Sequence record: SRR22947727_4435 | Direction: 5' to 3' (one strand) | Length of the DNA stretch: 44,769 nucleotides | Part shown: piece by piece, positions 1-10,080 of the stretch | Position numbering within the stretch: the first letter of the stretch is position 1 | Layout: the number at the start of each line of letters is the position of its first letter | Notes under the pieces: generated by a model | Told to the model about the DNA's origin: nothing | Database searches by the model: none | What the model saw: the letters and a program-made list of their open reading frames with translations, nothing else | Program-made: the position numbers and the translations under genes

Positions 1-8
1 GGTCGCTG

Positions 9-1856
9 GTGATGGTGTACCCGCTGTACGCGTTCACCCTGGGCCTCGGGTGTACTGCAGCTCGCAACGGCCTGTTGCGATCGGCGATGGATAGAGACGA
101 CTCGGCAGCCGAGCTTCGCAATCAACACCACGCACGGGCAACGAGCGAGTACGCCGACGCATCGATTGCCTCTGCGGAAACCCGGCTTCACGAAACGGTC
201 CTCAACACCTTGACGGCTATCGAACGGGGAGGTTTCGGTAGTGATGCCGACACTAGGAATCGCTTGCGCGAGCGCGCCGAGGAGTCAGCCGAGGTATTGA
301 CGTTGTTGTCCGAAGGATCGATGGCGGGCCTGTCATGGACCGGAGACCTTCGTGTTGACCTTGCCGGTGCCATCGTCGACCTGGAGGCCACGGGCGTGCG
401 TGTGCACCTGGTCGGTGACCTGAGTCGAGACGTGGCCGGTGGAGAAATCGATGACGCCGCCTTCGCCGCTCTTGGGAGCGCTGTTCGAGAGTCACTGATC
501 AACGCGCATAGGCATGCGCATGCCAACACGGTGACGGTGGAGGGGCGGGTAGTCCACGAGTCGCGACAGGCTCAGTGGAGCGTTCGCGTTGAAGACGACG
601 GCTGTGGCGTTGGTGGATCCCCCCCGGGCTTTGGGATCAGCAGCGTCATCGGCGAGGGCGTGGAAAGCGTCGGGGGTCGATCGACGGTGAGTAGTATTCC
701 TCAAGGTGGAACGCGTGTGACGCTCAACGTGCCGACGACGGCGTACGTTCCTGCTCGATCGGTCAACTCGATGTCGCCGCTGCGGGCTGTGGGTGTGCCG
801 ATGGTGTCCGCGTTCACCCTCTTCACGGCGTATTCCGCCCTGGTGACGTGGAACTTCGCCCAGCGGCCCGCCGTCAATGTCTTGGCTCTCGCACTGTTCG
901 TGTCTACGGCCGCCGTCTTGCTTTTCGCCTCGCGGGAACGGCGATACACATGGATGCCATCGTGGGTGTGCGCCATGGCGCTCGTCTTGGTGCCCGCCAT
1001 GATGTTGGTGGAGGTCCAGGCCCAAGCCTTACGCAACCCGCTGGGGGATTGGACGTCCGAAGTCAGCGCAGTCTTCCTCTTTGTCATCGTGGCGACGGGG
1101 CCTCGATGGACGGGGCCGCTGGCGATTATTGCGTGGTTGGTTGGCCAAGAATGGCAGTTGGGAGAACTCGCGAAGCCGGGAACGTTCGTCATCGTTATCG
1201 CCATGGTGATGGGATGGATTCTGCGGCGGATGTATCGGCAGACGCAGTCGGACCGTCAGCAGGCGGAGGTGGAGCGCGCGGCTCTGGCGCGGAGCCGAGA
1301 CAAGTTGGCGAACGCACAACAGCGATACGCCAATGTCGACACCGATGCGTTGAGCGAGATTCTTCGCGGTATCGCTCGAGGAGACATCGACCCGGACGAC
1401 GATGATGTGCGACAGGCGTGTGCACGAAGTGAGCAGATGTTGAGATCGGTGATGCGCCTTCGGCCCGAGTCCTCGATGATCGAGCGTGACCTGCTGCGGT
1501 TGGTCGCGGTGGCTCACGATCGGGACATCGAGTTAAACGTGGTGGTCGCGGACCGCGTGTCTGCTCGTGCCGGCCTAGATACGTTCGATGATGTGCGGCA
1601 ACTTCTCGACGTCGCCGTGCGGGGATCCTCGGCGCGGGCAACGATCTCCCACGACGCGGAGGGATTCGTCTTCCGATTCGTGGCTCACGTCGACCCGACG
1701 AAGGGTTCACGAGTGTGTGATCACTGCGAGGTTTTGGACCAAGAGCAGGGGCTTGTGTCCATCGAGGAGCGCTGGCACGAGCCCGCCGGTGGGTCACCGG
1801 AACCCAGAGCGGTGTCCGTCGAAGAGCAACTCTCAGCGCAGGTATCGGGGGTCTAG
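9..1856 (+). CDS. Membrane sensor histidine kinase (HisKA_3/HATPase-like) with a second, degenerate C-terminal module; probably 5'-truncated by the window edge
   Basis: H-box-like RLHETVLNTL, N-box RESLINAHRHA, G1 EDDGCG and G2 GFGI, followed by a multi-TM block. Directly upstream of a response regulator. Confidence 0.8.
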   Translation: MMVYPLYAFTLGLGCTAARNGLLRSAMDRDDSAAELRNQHHARATSEYADASIASAETRLHETVLNTLTAIERGGFGSDADTRNRLRERAEESAEVLTLLSEGSMAGLSWTGDLRVDLAGAIVDLEATGVRVHLVGDLSRDVAGGEIDDAAFAALGSAVRESLINAHRHAHANTVTVEGRVVHESRQAQWSVRVEDDGCGVGGSPPGFGISSVIGEGVESVGGRSTVSSIPQGGTRVTLNVPTTAYVPARSVNSMSPLRAVGVPMVSAFTLFTAYSALVTWNFAQRPAVNVLALALFVSTAAVLLFASRERRYTWMPSWVCAMALVLVPAMMLVEVQAQALRNPLGDWTSEVSAVFLFVIVATGPRWTGPLAIIAWLVGQEWQLGELAKPGTFVIVIAMVMGWILRRMYRQTQSDRQQAEVERAALARSRDKLANAQQRYANVDTDALSEILRGIARGDIDPDDDDVRQACARSEQMLRSVMRLRPESSMIERDLLRLVAVAHDRDIELNVVVADRVSARAGLDTFDDVRQLLDVAVRGSSARATISHDAEGFVFRFVAHVDPTKGSRVCDHCEVLDQEQGLVSIEERWHEPAGGSPEPRAVSVEEQLSAQVSGV

Positions 1857-1860
1857 TCCG

Positions 1861-2520
1861 GTGGAGCAGCAGCAAGCAGCGGTGTCGGTCGCGGTCGTCG
1901 ATGACCACGAACTCGTGCGTCAGGGTCTGGCGTCACTCCTGGTGGGCGCCATCGTCTCCGGCCGCCAGGTCGAGCTGGTGTATGTGGGAGGTAGCGTCCA
2001 GGCCGGCGCCGAGGCGGTGCCCGACGTCGGCCTGCTGGATGTCGATCTCGGCCCGGGTTCGGCACCGGTGGACGAAGCCGTCCGTGAGCTCCTCGAGGCC
2101 GGGAGTCGCGTCCTGATGATCAGTGCGTACGACGACGCGCGCAGCATCAAGGCTGGACTCGAGGCGGGAGCACTCGGTTTCGTGCCCAAACGAGTGTCCC
2201 TCGACGTTCTGGTGGAAGCGCTGTCCACCGTATACACCGACGAGCTCTACTTGTCGGTCGATCTCGCGTCGATCCTGGCTGCCGCTGTCGGAACACCGGA
2301 CCTAAGCCCTCGCGAGTCAGAGGCGCTGAGGCTGTACGCATCGGGCTTGTCCATGACCGCGGTCGCTCGCCGGTTGGAAATCTCCCCTCACACGGCCAAG
2401 GAGTACCTCGACCGTGTTCGGGCCAAGTACGCAGCGGTGGGACGCGAGGCCCGCACCCGTACTGAGCTGTACGCGGCGGCTCAGTCGGACGGCTTGCTGG
2501 GGGAGCCTGGGCAATCCTGA
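1861..2520 (+). CDS. NarL/LuxR-family response regulator
   Basis: Receiver motifs VVDDH, LLDVDL and GALGFVPK; LuxR HTH LSPRE...ISPHTAKEYL. GTG at 1861 is in frame with the 1588 ORF. Confidence 0.9.
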   Translation: MEQQQAAVSVAVVDDHELVRQGLASLLVGAIVSGRQVELVYVGGSVQAGAEAVPDVGLLDVDLGPGSAPVDEAVRELLEAGSRVLMISAYDDARSIKAGLEAGALGFVPKRVSLDVLVEALSTVYTDELYLSVDLASILAAAVGTPDLSPRESEALRLYASGLSMTAVARRLEISPHTAKEYLDRVRAKYAAVGREARTRTELYAAAQSDGLLGEPGQS

Positions 2521-2557
2521 AGCGTCCAGGAAACGGTGCTGGTCCGTCGGTCGCTCG

Positions 2558-2577
2558 TGTCCCCCCAATTGGGGACA
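2558..2577. promoter_or_regulatory. Palindrome TGTCCCC-N6-GGGGACA, candidate regulator binding site
   Basis: Perfect 7-bp inverted arms with a core CCCCAATTGGGG, intergenic just after the response regulator gene. Confidence 0.45.
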
Positions 2578-2621
2578 TAAAGCCGTAGCGCCCGCGGGCG
2601 TCGACACGCCATTGTGAGGTG

Positions 2622-2656
2622 TCCGGCGACAGCGGGGGAGTCGCCGGATTCTTCTT
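2622..2656 (+). terminator. Hairpin/terminator between convergent genes
   Basis: 9-bp stem TCCGGCGAC/GTCGCCGGA, loop AGCGGGGGA, followed by TTCTTCTT. Confidence 0.6.
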
Positions 2657-2672
2657 CGCCCAAGCGCGCCGG

Positions 2673-3248
2673 TTACAGGTAGGCGTACAGCCGTATTTGC
2701 CGCAGGGTCACCGGTGAGGCCCCGGCCGGGTCATCAATGTCCGAGTCGTCATAGGCGATCTCGCGGTGGGCTCCATCGGAGTCGAACCCGGCGGAGCGCA
2801 AGATGTGCAGTCGGTGATCGTCCGCGGTAGCGATCCACACGGACAGCGCACGGGCCCCGACGCTCGTTGCCGAATCAGCGAGCGCTGCCAGGAGCCGGGA
2901 ACCGTGGCCGGCCCCACGTTCGGCGGGGAGAACCTCCCAGGCAACGATCTCCACGGTGTCGGGTTCGGCGTCGGCGTCTAGGCACGGCGCGATGCCGGCG
3001 AATCCCACCGGTTGTCCGTCACGGGTGGCGACCACAAGACGGTGCGCGGGCCCGGGCGGAGCGATCACTGCTCGAGCCCAGGCAAGCTCGGCGTCGCTCG
3101 CAGTCACGGCGTCGAAGATCGATTCGGGCCACGAATAGTCGTGACGCCAGCAGGTCTCTTGGATCATGGCGATGGCGGTGGCGTCGGCGGCTGTCGCCGG
3201 TCGCACGAAGCCTGGCTCGCCGGAGCTTGATGGATCACCCATCTGCAT
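2673..3248 (-). CDS. GNAT family N-acetyltransferase
   Basis: VRPATAADA start motif and acetyl-CoA motif A (ERGAGHGSRLL). Confidence 0.85.
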   Translation of the reverse strand: MQMGDPSSSGEPGFVRPATAADATAIAMIQETCWRHDYSWPESIFDAVTASDAELAWARAVIAPPGPAHRLVVATRDGQPVGFAGIAPCLDADAEPDTVEIVAWEVLPAERGAGHGSRLLAALADSATSVGARALSVWIATADDHRLHILRSAGFDSDGAHREIAYDDSDIDDPAGASPVTLRQIRLYAYL

Positions 3249-3274
3249 AGTCTCTCGCGGGTAGTGTTCCCAGC

Positions 3275-4042
3275 GTGCCCAACCTCCCCGACAGCGGCGA
3301 TCACGCTGTTGCCGACGCCACCGATGCCATCGACGTCACGTTTCGCAATGACGTCACGGTCGAACTTGTCCGGGCGAGCGCCCGGGATGCCGACGTCGTC
3401 TTTGCCGCACGCGTCTCGACTGTCGGCGAGTCCAGTGTCGAGGATGTCGATTCCGATGCGCAGCGCTCGGCGGGACTGATCCGCTATCTCATGCGCGAGC
3501 GTCATGGAAGTCCCTTCGAGCACAACTCCATGACGTTCTTCGTGCAAGCGCCCATCTTCGTCTGGCGTGAACACATGCGGCATCGGATTGCCAGTTACAA
3601 CGAGGAATCCGGTCGATATCGCGAGCTGCGACCGATCTTCTACGTTCCTAACGAGACGCGGTCGGTGGTCCAGGATGGAAAGCCCGGGGCCTATGAGTTC
3701 CATCCCGGCACGCCAGAGCAGTACGACGTCATCGACTCGGCAACCCGGGAATCGTGCGCGGTGGCCTACGACGCCTACAAGCGCATGCTGGATGCAGGTA
3801 TCGCCCGGGAAGTGGCGCGCATGGTGTTGCCTGTCACCATCTATTCGTCCGCCTACGTGACGATGAACGCTCGTGCGTTGATGAACTTCCTGTCATTGCG
3901 CAAGAAGAGTGACGATGCGACCTATCCGAGTTACCCCCAGCGGGAAATCGAGATGGTCGCGGAGGCGTACGAGGAGCATTTCGCTCGGCTGATGCCCATC
4001 ACCCACGAGGCTTTCGTAGCTTCTGGGCGAGTGGCCCCGTGA
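3275..4042 (+). CDS. thyX: FAD-dependent thymidylate synthase
   Basis: RHGSPFEH and the ThyX motif RHRIASYNEESGRY. Confidence 0.97.
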   Translation: MPNLPDSGDHAVADATDAIDVTFRNDVTVELVRASARDADVVFAARVSTVGESSVEDVDSDAQRSAGLIRYLMRERHGSPFEHNSMTFFVQAPIFVWREHMRHRIASYNEESGRYRELRPIFYVPNETRSVVQDGKPGAYEFHPGTPEQYDVIDSATRESCAVAYDAYKRMLDAGIAREVARMVLPVTIYSSAYVTMNARALMNFLSLRKKSDDATYPSYPQREIEMVAEAYEEHFARLMPITHEAFVASGRVAP

Positions 4043-4069
4043 TGCCGGTCAGCCGATAGCCTGACGGTC

Positions 4070-4978
4070 ATGTCGAATCACGCCTCGCCCCGCAGAACTC
4101 CCTTCGGAGTGATGCTCACCGCGATGGTCACTCCTTTCGCGCCTGATGGCAGCCAAGATCTCGACGGCGCACAGGTGCTTGCTGCGCACCTGGTTGATCA
4201 GCTGGGCCACGACGGACTCGTGGTTAACGGGACGACGGGTGAATCCGCCACCAAGACCGACGAAGAGGATCGCGACCTGGTTGCCGCAGTGGTCGAGGCT
4301 GTCGGTGATCGCGCGTGGGTGGTGGCCGGTGTCGGAACGAATGACACATCACATTCCATCTCGAGCGCCAAAGCTGCGGCCGCAGCCGGTGCGCATGGAG
4401 TCATGGCCGTTGCCCCGTACTACAACCGACCCCCGCAGGAAGGCCTGATCACCCACTTCCATGCGATCGCCGACGCCACGGACCTGCCGCTTCTGACGTA
4501 CGACATCCCCAAGCGAACCGGTGTCGCCATCGAGACGGAAACTCTCGTGCGTATTGCCGAGCACCCGAATGTGGTGGCCAACAAGGACGCCAAGGGTGAT
4601 CTCGACGCGACGCAGTGGGCGATGGCTCGAACGGACCTGGCGTGGTACTGCGGTGACGACATCCTGAATCTGCCGATGCTCATGCTCGGGGCGTCCGGGA
4701 TGGTGTCGGTTGTGGGTCACGTCGTGGGAGATCGATTGAAGGAGATGGCCCAGGCACTCGCGGCTGGCGACGTCTCCGGGGCCCGCGCAATCAACGCCGA
4801 GCTGCTGCCCGTCTATACAGGTTTGTTCCGAACCCAAGGCGTCATCTTGACGAAGGCAGCCTTGCGTATGCAGGGCCTCCCGGCGGGCGGCTTGCGATTG
4901 CCGCTCGTCGACGCGACCCCAGCCCAGGAGGATCAGTTGCGTATCGACCTCGCCGGGGTCCGCGGCATCGGCGCCTGA
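4070..4978 (+). CDS. dapA: 4-hydroxy-tetrahydrodipicolinate synthase
   Basis: AMVTPF, GTTGES, PYYNRP, YDIP and KDA motifs; thyX-dapA-rnj synteny. Confidence 0.97.
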   Translation: MSNHASPRRTPFGVMLTAMVTPFAPDGSQDLDGAQVLAAHLVDQLGHDGLVVNGTTGESATKTDEEDRDLVAAVVEAVGDRAWVVAGVGTNDTSHSISSAKAAAAAGAHGVMAVAPYYNRPPQEGLITHFHAIADATDLPLLTYDIPKRTGVAIETETLVRIAEHPNVVANKDAKGDLDATQWAMARTDLAWYCGDDILNLPMLMLGASGMVSVVGHVVGDRLKEMAQALAAGDVSGARAINAELLPVYTGLFRTQGVILTKAALRMQGLPAGGLRLPLVDATPAQEDQLRIDLAGVRGIGA

Positions 4979-4980
4979 CC

Positions 4981-6666
4981 GTGCAGCACGACGACATTCC
5001 ATCGCCCGCGCCGCTGAAAGAGGGGGCGCTGCGGGTTCTGCCGATCGGCGGCTTGGGAGAGATCGGCCGCAACATGGCCGTTTTCGAGTTCGACGGTTCG
5101 TTGCTCATCGTCGATTGCGGGGTGCTCTTTCCCGAAGAATCACAACCGGGCGTCGATTTGATCCTGCCGGACTTCACTCCCATCGCCGAGCGCTTAGCCG
5201 ATGTCGAGGCGATCATCCTCACGCACGGACACGAGGACCACATCGGAGCGGTTCCCTACCTCCTGCGGATGCGTCCTGATATTCCGATCTACGGAAGCCG
5301 GCTGACACTGGCGTTCCTCCGAGCGAAGTCGACCGAGCACCGGCTGTCGCCGGACTTGCACGAAGTCGGCGATGGCGAGCAGATCCAGGTGGGCTCGTTC
5401 GGCGTCGAATTCCTCGCCGTCAATCACTCGATCCCCGATGCCATGGCGGTGGCGATCACCACCGATGCTGGCCGCGTCCTGCACACCGGCGACTTCAAGG
5501 TCGACCAGCTGCCGTTAGACGGTCGGGTCACCGATCTCAACGGCTTCGCCCGTTTGGGCGATGAGGGAGTGGATCTGTTGATGATCGACTCCACGAATGC
5601 CGAGGTTCCGGGGTTCATTCCAAGCGAGCGGGACATCATGCCGGTCCTGGACTCGGTGTTCGCCAAGGCACGAGGTCGCGTCATCGTCGCCTCCTTCGCC
5701 TCACACGTGCACCGTATTCAACAGATCATCGATATGGCCGTCGAGCACAGACGCAAGATCGCCTTCGTCGGTCGGTCCATGGTGCGGAATATGCACATCG
5801 CCCGTGACCTCGGGTTCTTGTCGATTCCAGAAGCGACGTTGGTGTCGGCCGACGATCTGGCCGAGCTACCCGACGACAAAGCGGTACTGATCTGCACTGG
5901 GTCGCAGGGGGAGCCGATGGCTGTTTTGTCGCGGATCGCCAATCGTGATCATGCGATTTCTGTCGGGCCTTCAGACACCGTGGTGCTGGCATCGTCACTG
6001 ATCCCTGGAAACGAAAACGCGGTTTATCGAGTAATCAATGGCTTGACCAAACTCGGCGCGTCGGTGGTGCACAAAGGAAATGCTCTGGTGCACGTTTCCG
6101 GGCACGCGTCCGCCGGTGAGTTGCGCTTCGTCTACAACCTCGTGAAACCTCGCTTCGTCATGCCCGTTCACGGAGAGTGGCGACACCTGGTGGCGAATGC
6201 TGCGGTGGCGCAGAGTGTGGGCATCGACCCGCGCCGCATCCTCGTGGTGGATGACGGCGTCTCGGTCGATCTCGACGAGCAGCGCGCGGTGATCAGTGGC
6301 TACACACCCGTCGGTTTCGTCTACGTCGACGGGTCGAGCGTCGGTGACCTGACCGAAGCGTCCCTGAAAGACCGGCGGGTCCTCGGTGAGGAGGGGTTCA
6401 TCTCGATCATCGCGGTCGTGGACATCGTTGCCGGCACCGTGGTCGCCGGTCCGGAAGTCCACGAACGCGGATTCGGGGAGGAAGTTCTCTCCGGAGGGGT
6501 CGATGACGTCACCGGGAAGGTGCGCGACGTTCTTGAGCAGGCCCTCGCCGACGGCATCAACGACCCGCACGACCTCCAACAACGAATGCGGCGCGTGGTG
6601 GGTCGGTGGGTCAATGCGACCCATCGCCGCCGGCCGATGATCGTGCCTGTGGTTGTGGAGGCCTGA
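4981..6666 (+). CDS. rnj: Ribonuclease J
   Basis: GGLGEIGRN, THGHEDHIG, TGSQGEP, HVSGH and PVHGE motifs. Confidence 0.97.
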   Translation: MQHDDIPSPAPLKEGALRVLPIGGLGEIGRNMAVFEFDGSLLIVDCGVLFPEESQPGVDLILPDFTPIAERLADVEAIILTHGHEDHIGAVPYLLRMRPDIPIYGSRLTLAFLRAKSTEHRLSPDLHEVGDGEQIQVGSFGVEFLAVNHSIPDAMAVAITTDAGRVLHTGDFKVDQLPLDGRVTDLNGFARLGDEGVDLLMIDSTNAEVPGFIPSERDIMPVLDSVFAKARGRVIVASFASHVHRIQQIIDMAVEHRRKIAFVGRSMVRNMHIARDLGFLSIPEATLVSADDLAELPDDKAVLICTGSQGEPMAVLSRIANRDHAISVGPSDTVVLASSLIPGNENAVYRVINGLTKLGASVVHKGNALVHVSGHASAGELRFVYNLVKPRFVMPVHGEWRHLVANAAVAQSVGIDPRRILVVDDGVSVDLDEQRAVISGYTPVGFVYVDGSSVGDLTEASLKDRRVLGEEGFISIIAVVDIVAGTVVAGPEVHERGFGEEVLSGGVDDVTGKVRDVLEQALADGINDPHDLQQRMRRVVGRWVNATHRRRPMIVPVVVEA

Positions 6667-6803
6667 ATTGGGGCCGGTCATCGCGTCCGAAGTCCGCAGC
6701 CGCTGATCGCCACTAGGGCGGGTGCGCAATATCCCTTTTCCTGGTTCGCGTGTTACGCGTGTGACTACCGGGATTGTGTGCTTTCCGGCGCTACCCTCCC
6801 TGC

Positions 6804-9653
6804 ATGGCGTCTCGTACGTCCGCTTCCCCACGTTCGTCCCGTGCGCGTTCGGCAAGCGGCTCTTCCCGTTCCCGTCCTACGTCCCGTTCACCTCGCCGGG
6901 CTCCCCGAAAAACCTCGAGCAAGTCCCGCGCATCGGGCACCTCGTCGAAGCGAGCCCCCGCGCGCAGCAAGCCGCAAAAGCGTTCGGCCCGGTCGGCGTC
7001 GCCCGGGATCTTCACCCGGGCCGTCATGGGGATTGGTCGGGGTATCCGGGCCATGTGGATTGGGCTTGCGCACCTGGTGGGCTCGATCGCCCGAGGAATC
7101 GGACGGGGGGCACGTGACCTCGATCCCGAGCACCGCCGCGATGGACTCGGGCTCGGCCTCATCGCCGGGGCCGTCATCATTGCCGCCGCTACCTGGTTTC
7201 GGGTAGAAGGCTGGTTCATCGCATGGTCAGGAACCATCGCGACGGCGATCTTCGGTGCATTGGCGTGGATCGCGCCGCTATGTCTTCTCGCGCTGGCGTG
7301 GCGATTCCTCCGCCATCCGGATCAAAACGCCACCACCGGGCGCCTGGTGATCGGGAGTTCGGCCGTCATCACCGGCGTCGTTGGCATCTGGCACCTCACG
7401 CGCACCTCTCCCACACCGTCCGATGGTGCAGCGGCGATGAACTCCGCCGGCGGCGTCGTGGGATGGATCGCGACGGCCCCCGTGGTTGCCGCCGTCGGGC
7501 CGATCGTCACCGGGGTCGTCCTCGCGATCGTGCTGGCATTCGGCATTTTGGTTGTCACCGGCACGTCCGTTCAGGCTCTTCGGGGCTACGTGGCTGCCTG
7601 GTGGCGGTCGATGCGTGGAGCCGCCTCGTTGCTGGTCCCGCCGGATCCTGACGAAGGCGCGACGAACGACGGCGCAACGAACGAATCCTCGGGCGAGAAC
7701 GGCCTCGAAGACGACGGCGATGGGCTCGTTCTGCCCGGCCACGGACAAGAACTCATGGACGCCCCGGCGGCTCGTGACCTTCGGCACGCCGAAGTGCTCC
7801 GCGATACGCCGCTGGTGGGGGATGAGCCTTTCGCCACGCCACTGCCCACCGACGCAGCCGCGGACGATCGTCCCGCCGCCGGACTGTTCGTGCAGGCGGG
7901 AACCGGATCTGCACTCGAGCCGATGACCGACCCGCTTGGCGCTGATCAGGACACCGACGTCATCCCCGTGGTCGGACACAGCAGCGGGCCGGACGATGAC
8001 ACCCACGCCCTCGCGCCCGTGCTGCATGGTGTCGGCGCTGCAGCCAACGACAACACCGTGACATTGACTCCGGTAGATGCAGATGCCGCTGTATCTACCC
8101 CTGCCCCTGTCACGGCCGCGGCCGTGACACCGGAGCCGGTGATCGACCCCACCCCGGAGGGTTCGCCCACGCAGCTGCCGGTGATGACCTCCGGCCGGTA
8201 TCGACTCCCCAAGGCGGAGTTACTCAAGACCAGTGCGGGGCACAAGAAGTCCACGCCAGCGAACGATCAGGTGGTCAAAGCCCTGCGTGAAGTTCTCGAT
8301 CAGTTCGGGATCGACGCCGAAGTCTCCGGCTTCCTTCGGGGACCCACGGTCACGCGCTATGAGATCGAGCTCGGACCGAGCGTCAAAGTCGAGCGGGTGA
8401 CCGCCCTGAGCAAGAACATCGCCTACGCGGTGGCCAGCGCCGACGTGCGCATCCTCAGCCCGATCCCGGGGAAGAAAGCCATCGGAATCGAAATCCCCAA
8501 CACCGACCGCGAACTTGTGGCGGTCGGAGATGTGCTGCGCAGTTCATCTGCGGCCGCCGATCAACACCCGATGGTCGTTGCGCTAGGCAAAGACGTTGAG
8601 GGGGAGTTCGTTGTTGCGAACCTCGCCAAGATGCCGCACATCCTCGTCGCGGGAGCCACGGGTGCGGGTAAGTCCAGTTGCGTCAATTCGTTAATCACAT
8701 CGATTCTGATGCGGGCAACTCCGGACGAAGTGCGGATGATCCTCGTGGATCCCAAGCGAGTGGAGTTGAGCGTCTACGAAGGTGTACCGCATTTGATCAC
8801 CCCGATCGTCACCCACCCGAAGAAGGCAGCGGATGCTTTGCAGTGGGTGGTTGCCGAGATGGACAAGCGCTACGACGACCTCGCGCACTTCGGGTTCCGG
8901 CACGTGGATGATTTCAATGCTGCGGTCCGAGCCGGGAAGGTGACAGCACCCGCAGGCAGTCAACGCGTCCTGCGGCCCTACCCCTACCTCCTCGTGATCG
9001 TGGACGAGTTGGCCGACTTGATGATGGTTGCCCCGCGTGATGTCGAAGATGCCATCGTGCGCATCACGCAACTCGCCCGGGCCGCTGGCATCCATCTCGT
9101 CTTGGCGACCCAGCGCCCCAGCGTCGACGTCGTCACCGGACTCATCAAGGCCAATGTGCCGTCTCGACTCGCGTTCGCTACCTCCAGCCTCGCAGACTCG
9201 CGAGTCATCTTGGACCAGCCGGGCGCCGAGAAACTGGTGGGTCAAGGTGACGGACTGTTCTTGCCCATGGGAGCGAACAAGGCGGTTCGGATCCAAGGAG
9301 CGTTCATCGCCGAGAAGGAGATTCGCGGCATCGTTCAACACTGCAAGGATCAAGCCGAGGCCCACTACCTCTCCGAGGTCACCTCTCCTGCTGCGGCCAA
9401 GAGGGAGATCGACGAGGACATCGGCGACGACCTCGATGTTCTCCTGCAAGCCGTTGAACTCGTCGTGAGCACCCAATTCGGGTCCACATCGATGTTGCAG
9501 CGCAAGCTGCGCGTGGGATTCGCCAAGGCCGGACGGCTGATGGACTTGATGGAGTCCCGGGGAGTCGTGGGGCCGAGCGAGGGATCCAAAGCGCGCGAAG
9601 TTCTGGTCAAGCCCGAGGATCTCGGCGCCGTTCTGGCCTCACTGCGTGGCTAG
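6804..9653 (+). CDS. ftsK: DNA translocase FtsK
   Basis: N-terminal TM domain, linker, Walker A GATGAGKS, LATQRPS and gamma domain STSMLQRKLRVGF. ATG 6804 follows a -10-like TACCCT. Confidence 0.97.
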   Translation: MASRTSASPRSSRARSASGSSRSRPTSRSPRRAPRKTSSKSRASGTSSKRAPARSKPQKRSARSASPGIFTRAVMGIGRGIRAMWIGLAHLVGSIARGIGRGARDLDPEHRRDGLGLGLIAGAVIIAAATWFRVEGWFIAWSGTIATAIFGALAWIAPLCLLALAWRFLRHPDQNATTGRLVIGSSAVITGVVGIWHLTRTSPTPSDGAAAMNSAGGVVGWIATAPVVAAVGPIVTGVVLAIVLAFGILVVTGTSVQALRGYVAAWWRSMRGAASLLVPPDPDEGATNDGATNESSGENGLEDDGDGLVLPGHGQELMDAPAARDLRHAEVLRDTPLVGDEPFATPLPTDAAADDRPAAGLFVQAGTGSALEPMTDPLGADQDTDVIPVVGHSSGPDDDTHALAPVLHGVGAAANDNTVTLTPVDADAAVSTPAPVTAAAVTPEPVIDPTPEGSPTQLPVMTSGRYRLPKAELLKTSAGHKKSTPANDQVVKALREVLDQFGIDAEVSGFLRGPTVTRYEIELGPSVKVERVTALSKNIAYAVASADVRILSPIPGKKAIGIEIPNTDRELVAVGDVLRSSSAAADQHPMVVALGKDVEGEFVVANLAKMPHILVAGATGAGKSSCVNSLITSILMRATPDEVRMILVDPKRVELSVYEGVPHLITPIVTHPKKAADALQWVVAEMDKRYDDLAHFGFRHVDDFNAAVRAGKVTAPAGSQRVLRPYPYLLVIVDELADLMMVAPRDVEDAIVRITQLARAAGIHLVLATQRPSVDVVTGLIKANVPSRLAFATSSLADSRVILDQPGAEKLVGQGDGLFLPMGANKAVRIQGAFIAEKEIRGIVQHCKDQAEAHYLSEVTSPAAAKREIDEDIGDDLDVLLQAVELVVSTQFGSTSMLQRKLRVGFAKAGRLMDLMESRGVVGPSEGSKAREVLVKPEDLGAVLASLRG

Positions 9654-9787
9654 TCCGCGACGACGCGAAGTCGAAGTTCGCTCAGCCGGAGTTTCATAGG
9701 ACGAAGATTGCTCAGCCTGTTGCCTGTTGACGCTCGTGCTGGCACCCTTGGCGCACGTGGGACGTCGATTAACGGGCGGAGGCCCCG

Positions 9788-10009
9788 ATGGTCGGAGAGC
9801 GCATCACCAATGCCCGCCGTTCCCATGGGCTAAGCATCGACGATGTGGCGGCTACGACGCGGTTGAGGCCCCTGACCATCCAGGCGATCGAGGACAACGA
9901 TTTTTCGCTGTGTGGGGGAGACAGCTACGCCATCGGGCATCTCCGGATGATCGCTGAAGCGGTCGGCCTCGACAGCAACGACCTCGTTGCGGAATACCGC
10001 CGCCGGTAA
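9788..10009 (+). CDS. RodZ-like HTH (HTH_25) protein, HTH domain only
   Basis: GLSIDDVAATTRLR...AIEDNDFSLCGGDSYAIGHLR matches the RodZ N-terminal HTH. GGAGG RBS; ftsK-rodZ-rimO position. Confidence 0.8.
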   Translation: MVGERITNARRSHGLSIDDVAATTRLRPLTIQAIEDNDFSLCGGDSYAIGHLRMIAEAVGLDSNDLVAEYRRR

Positions 10010-10036
10010 GCGCGGTCTGCAGGCGGCCGGCTACGT

Positions 10037-10080
10037 CGTCGCGGCGTTGTTGCGTCGCGGCGTTGTCGCGTCACAGCGTC
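10037..10080. repeat. Short imperfect 16-bp tandem repeat (CGTCGCGGCGTTGTYG, about 2.7 copies)
   Basis: Units start at 10037, 10053 and, degenerate, at 10069. Confidence 0.5.

Noticed and set aside
6804..7020. Ser/Arg/Lys-rich FtsK N-terminus as a novel domain
   Set aside because: Basic low-complexity N-termini are common in actinobacterial FtsK.
10037..10080. CRISPR-like repeat
   Set aside because: Contiguous 16-bp units with no spacers and no cas genes in the window.
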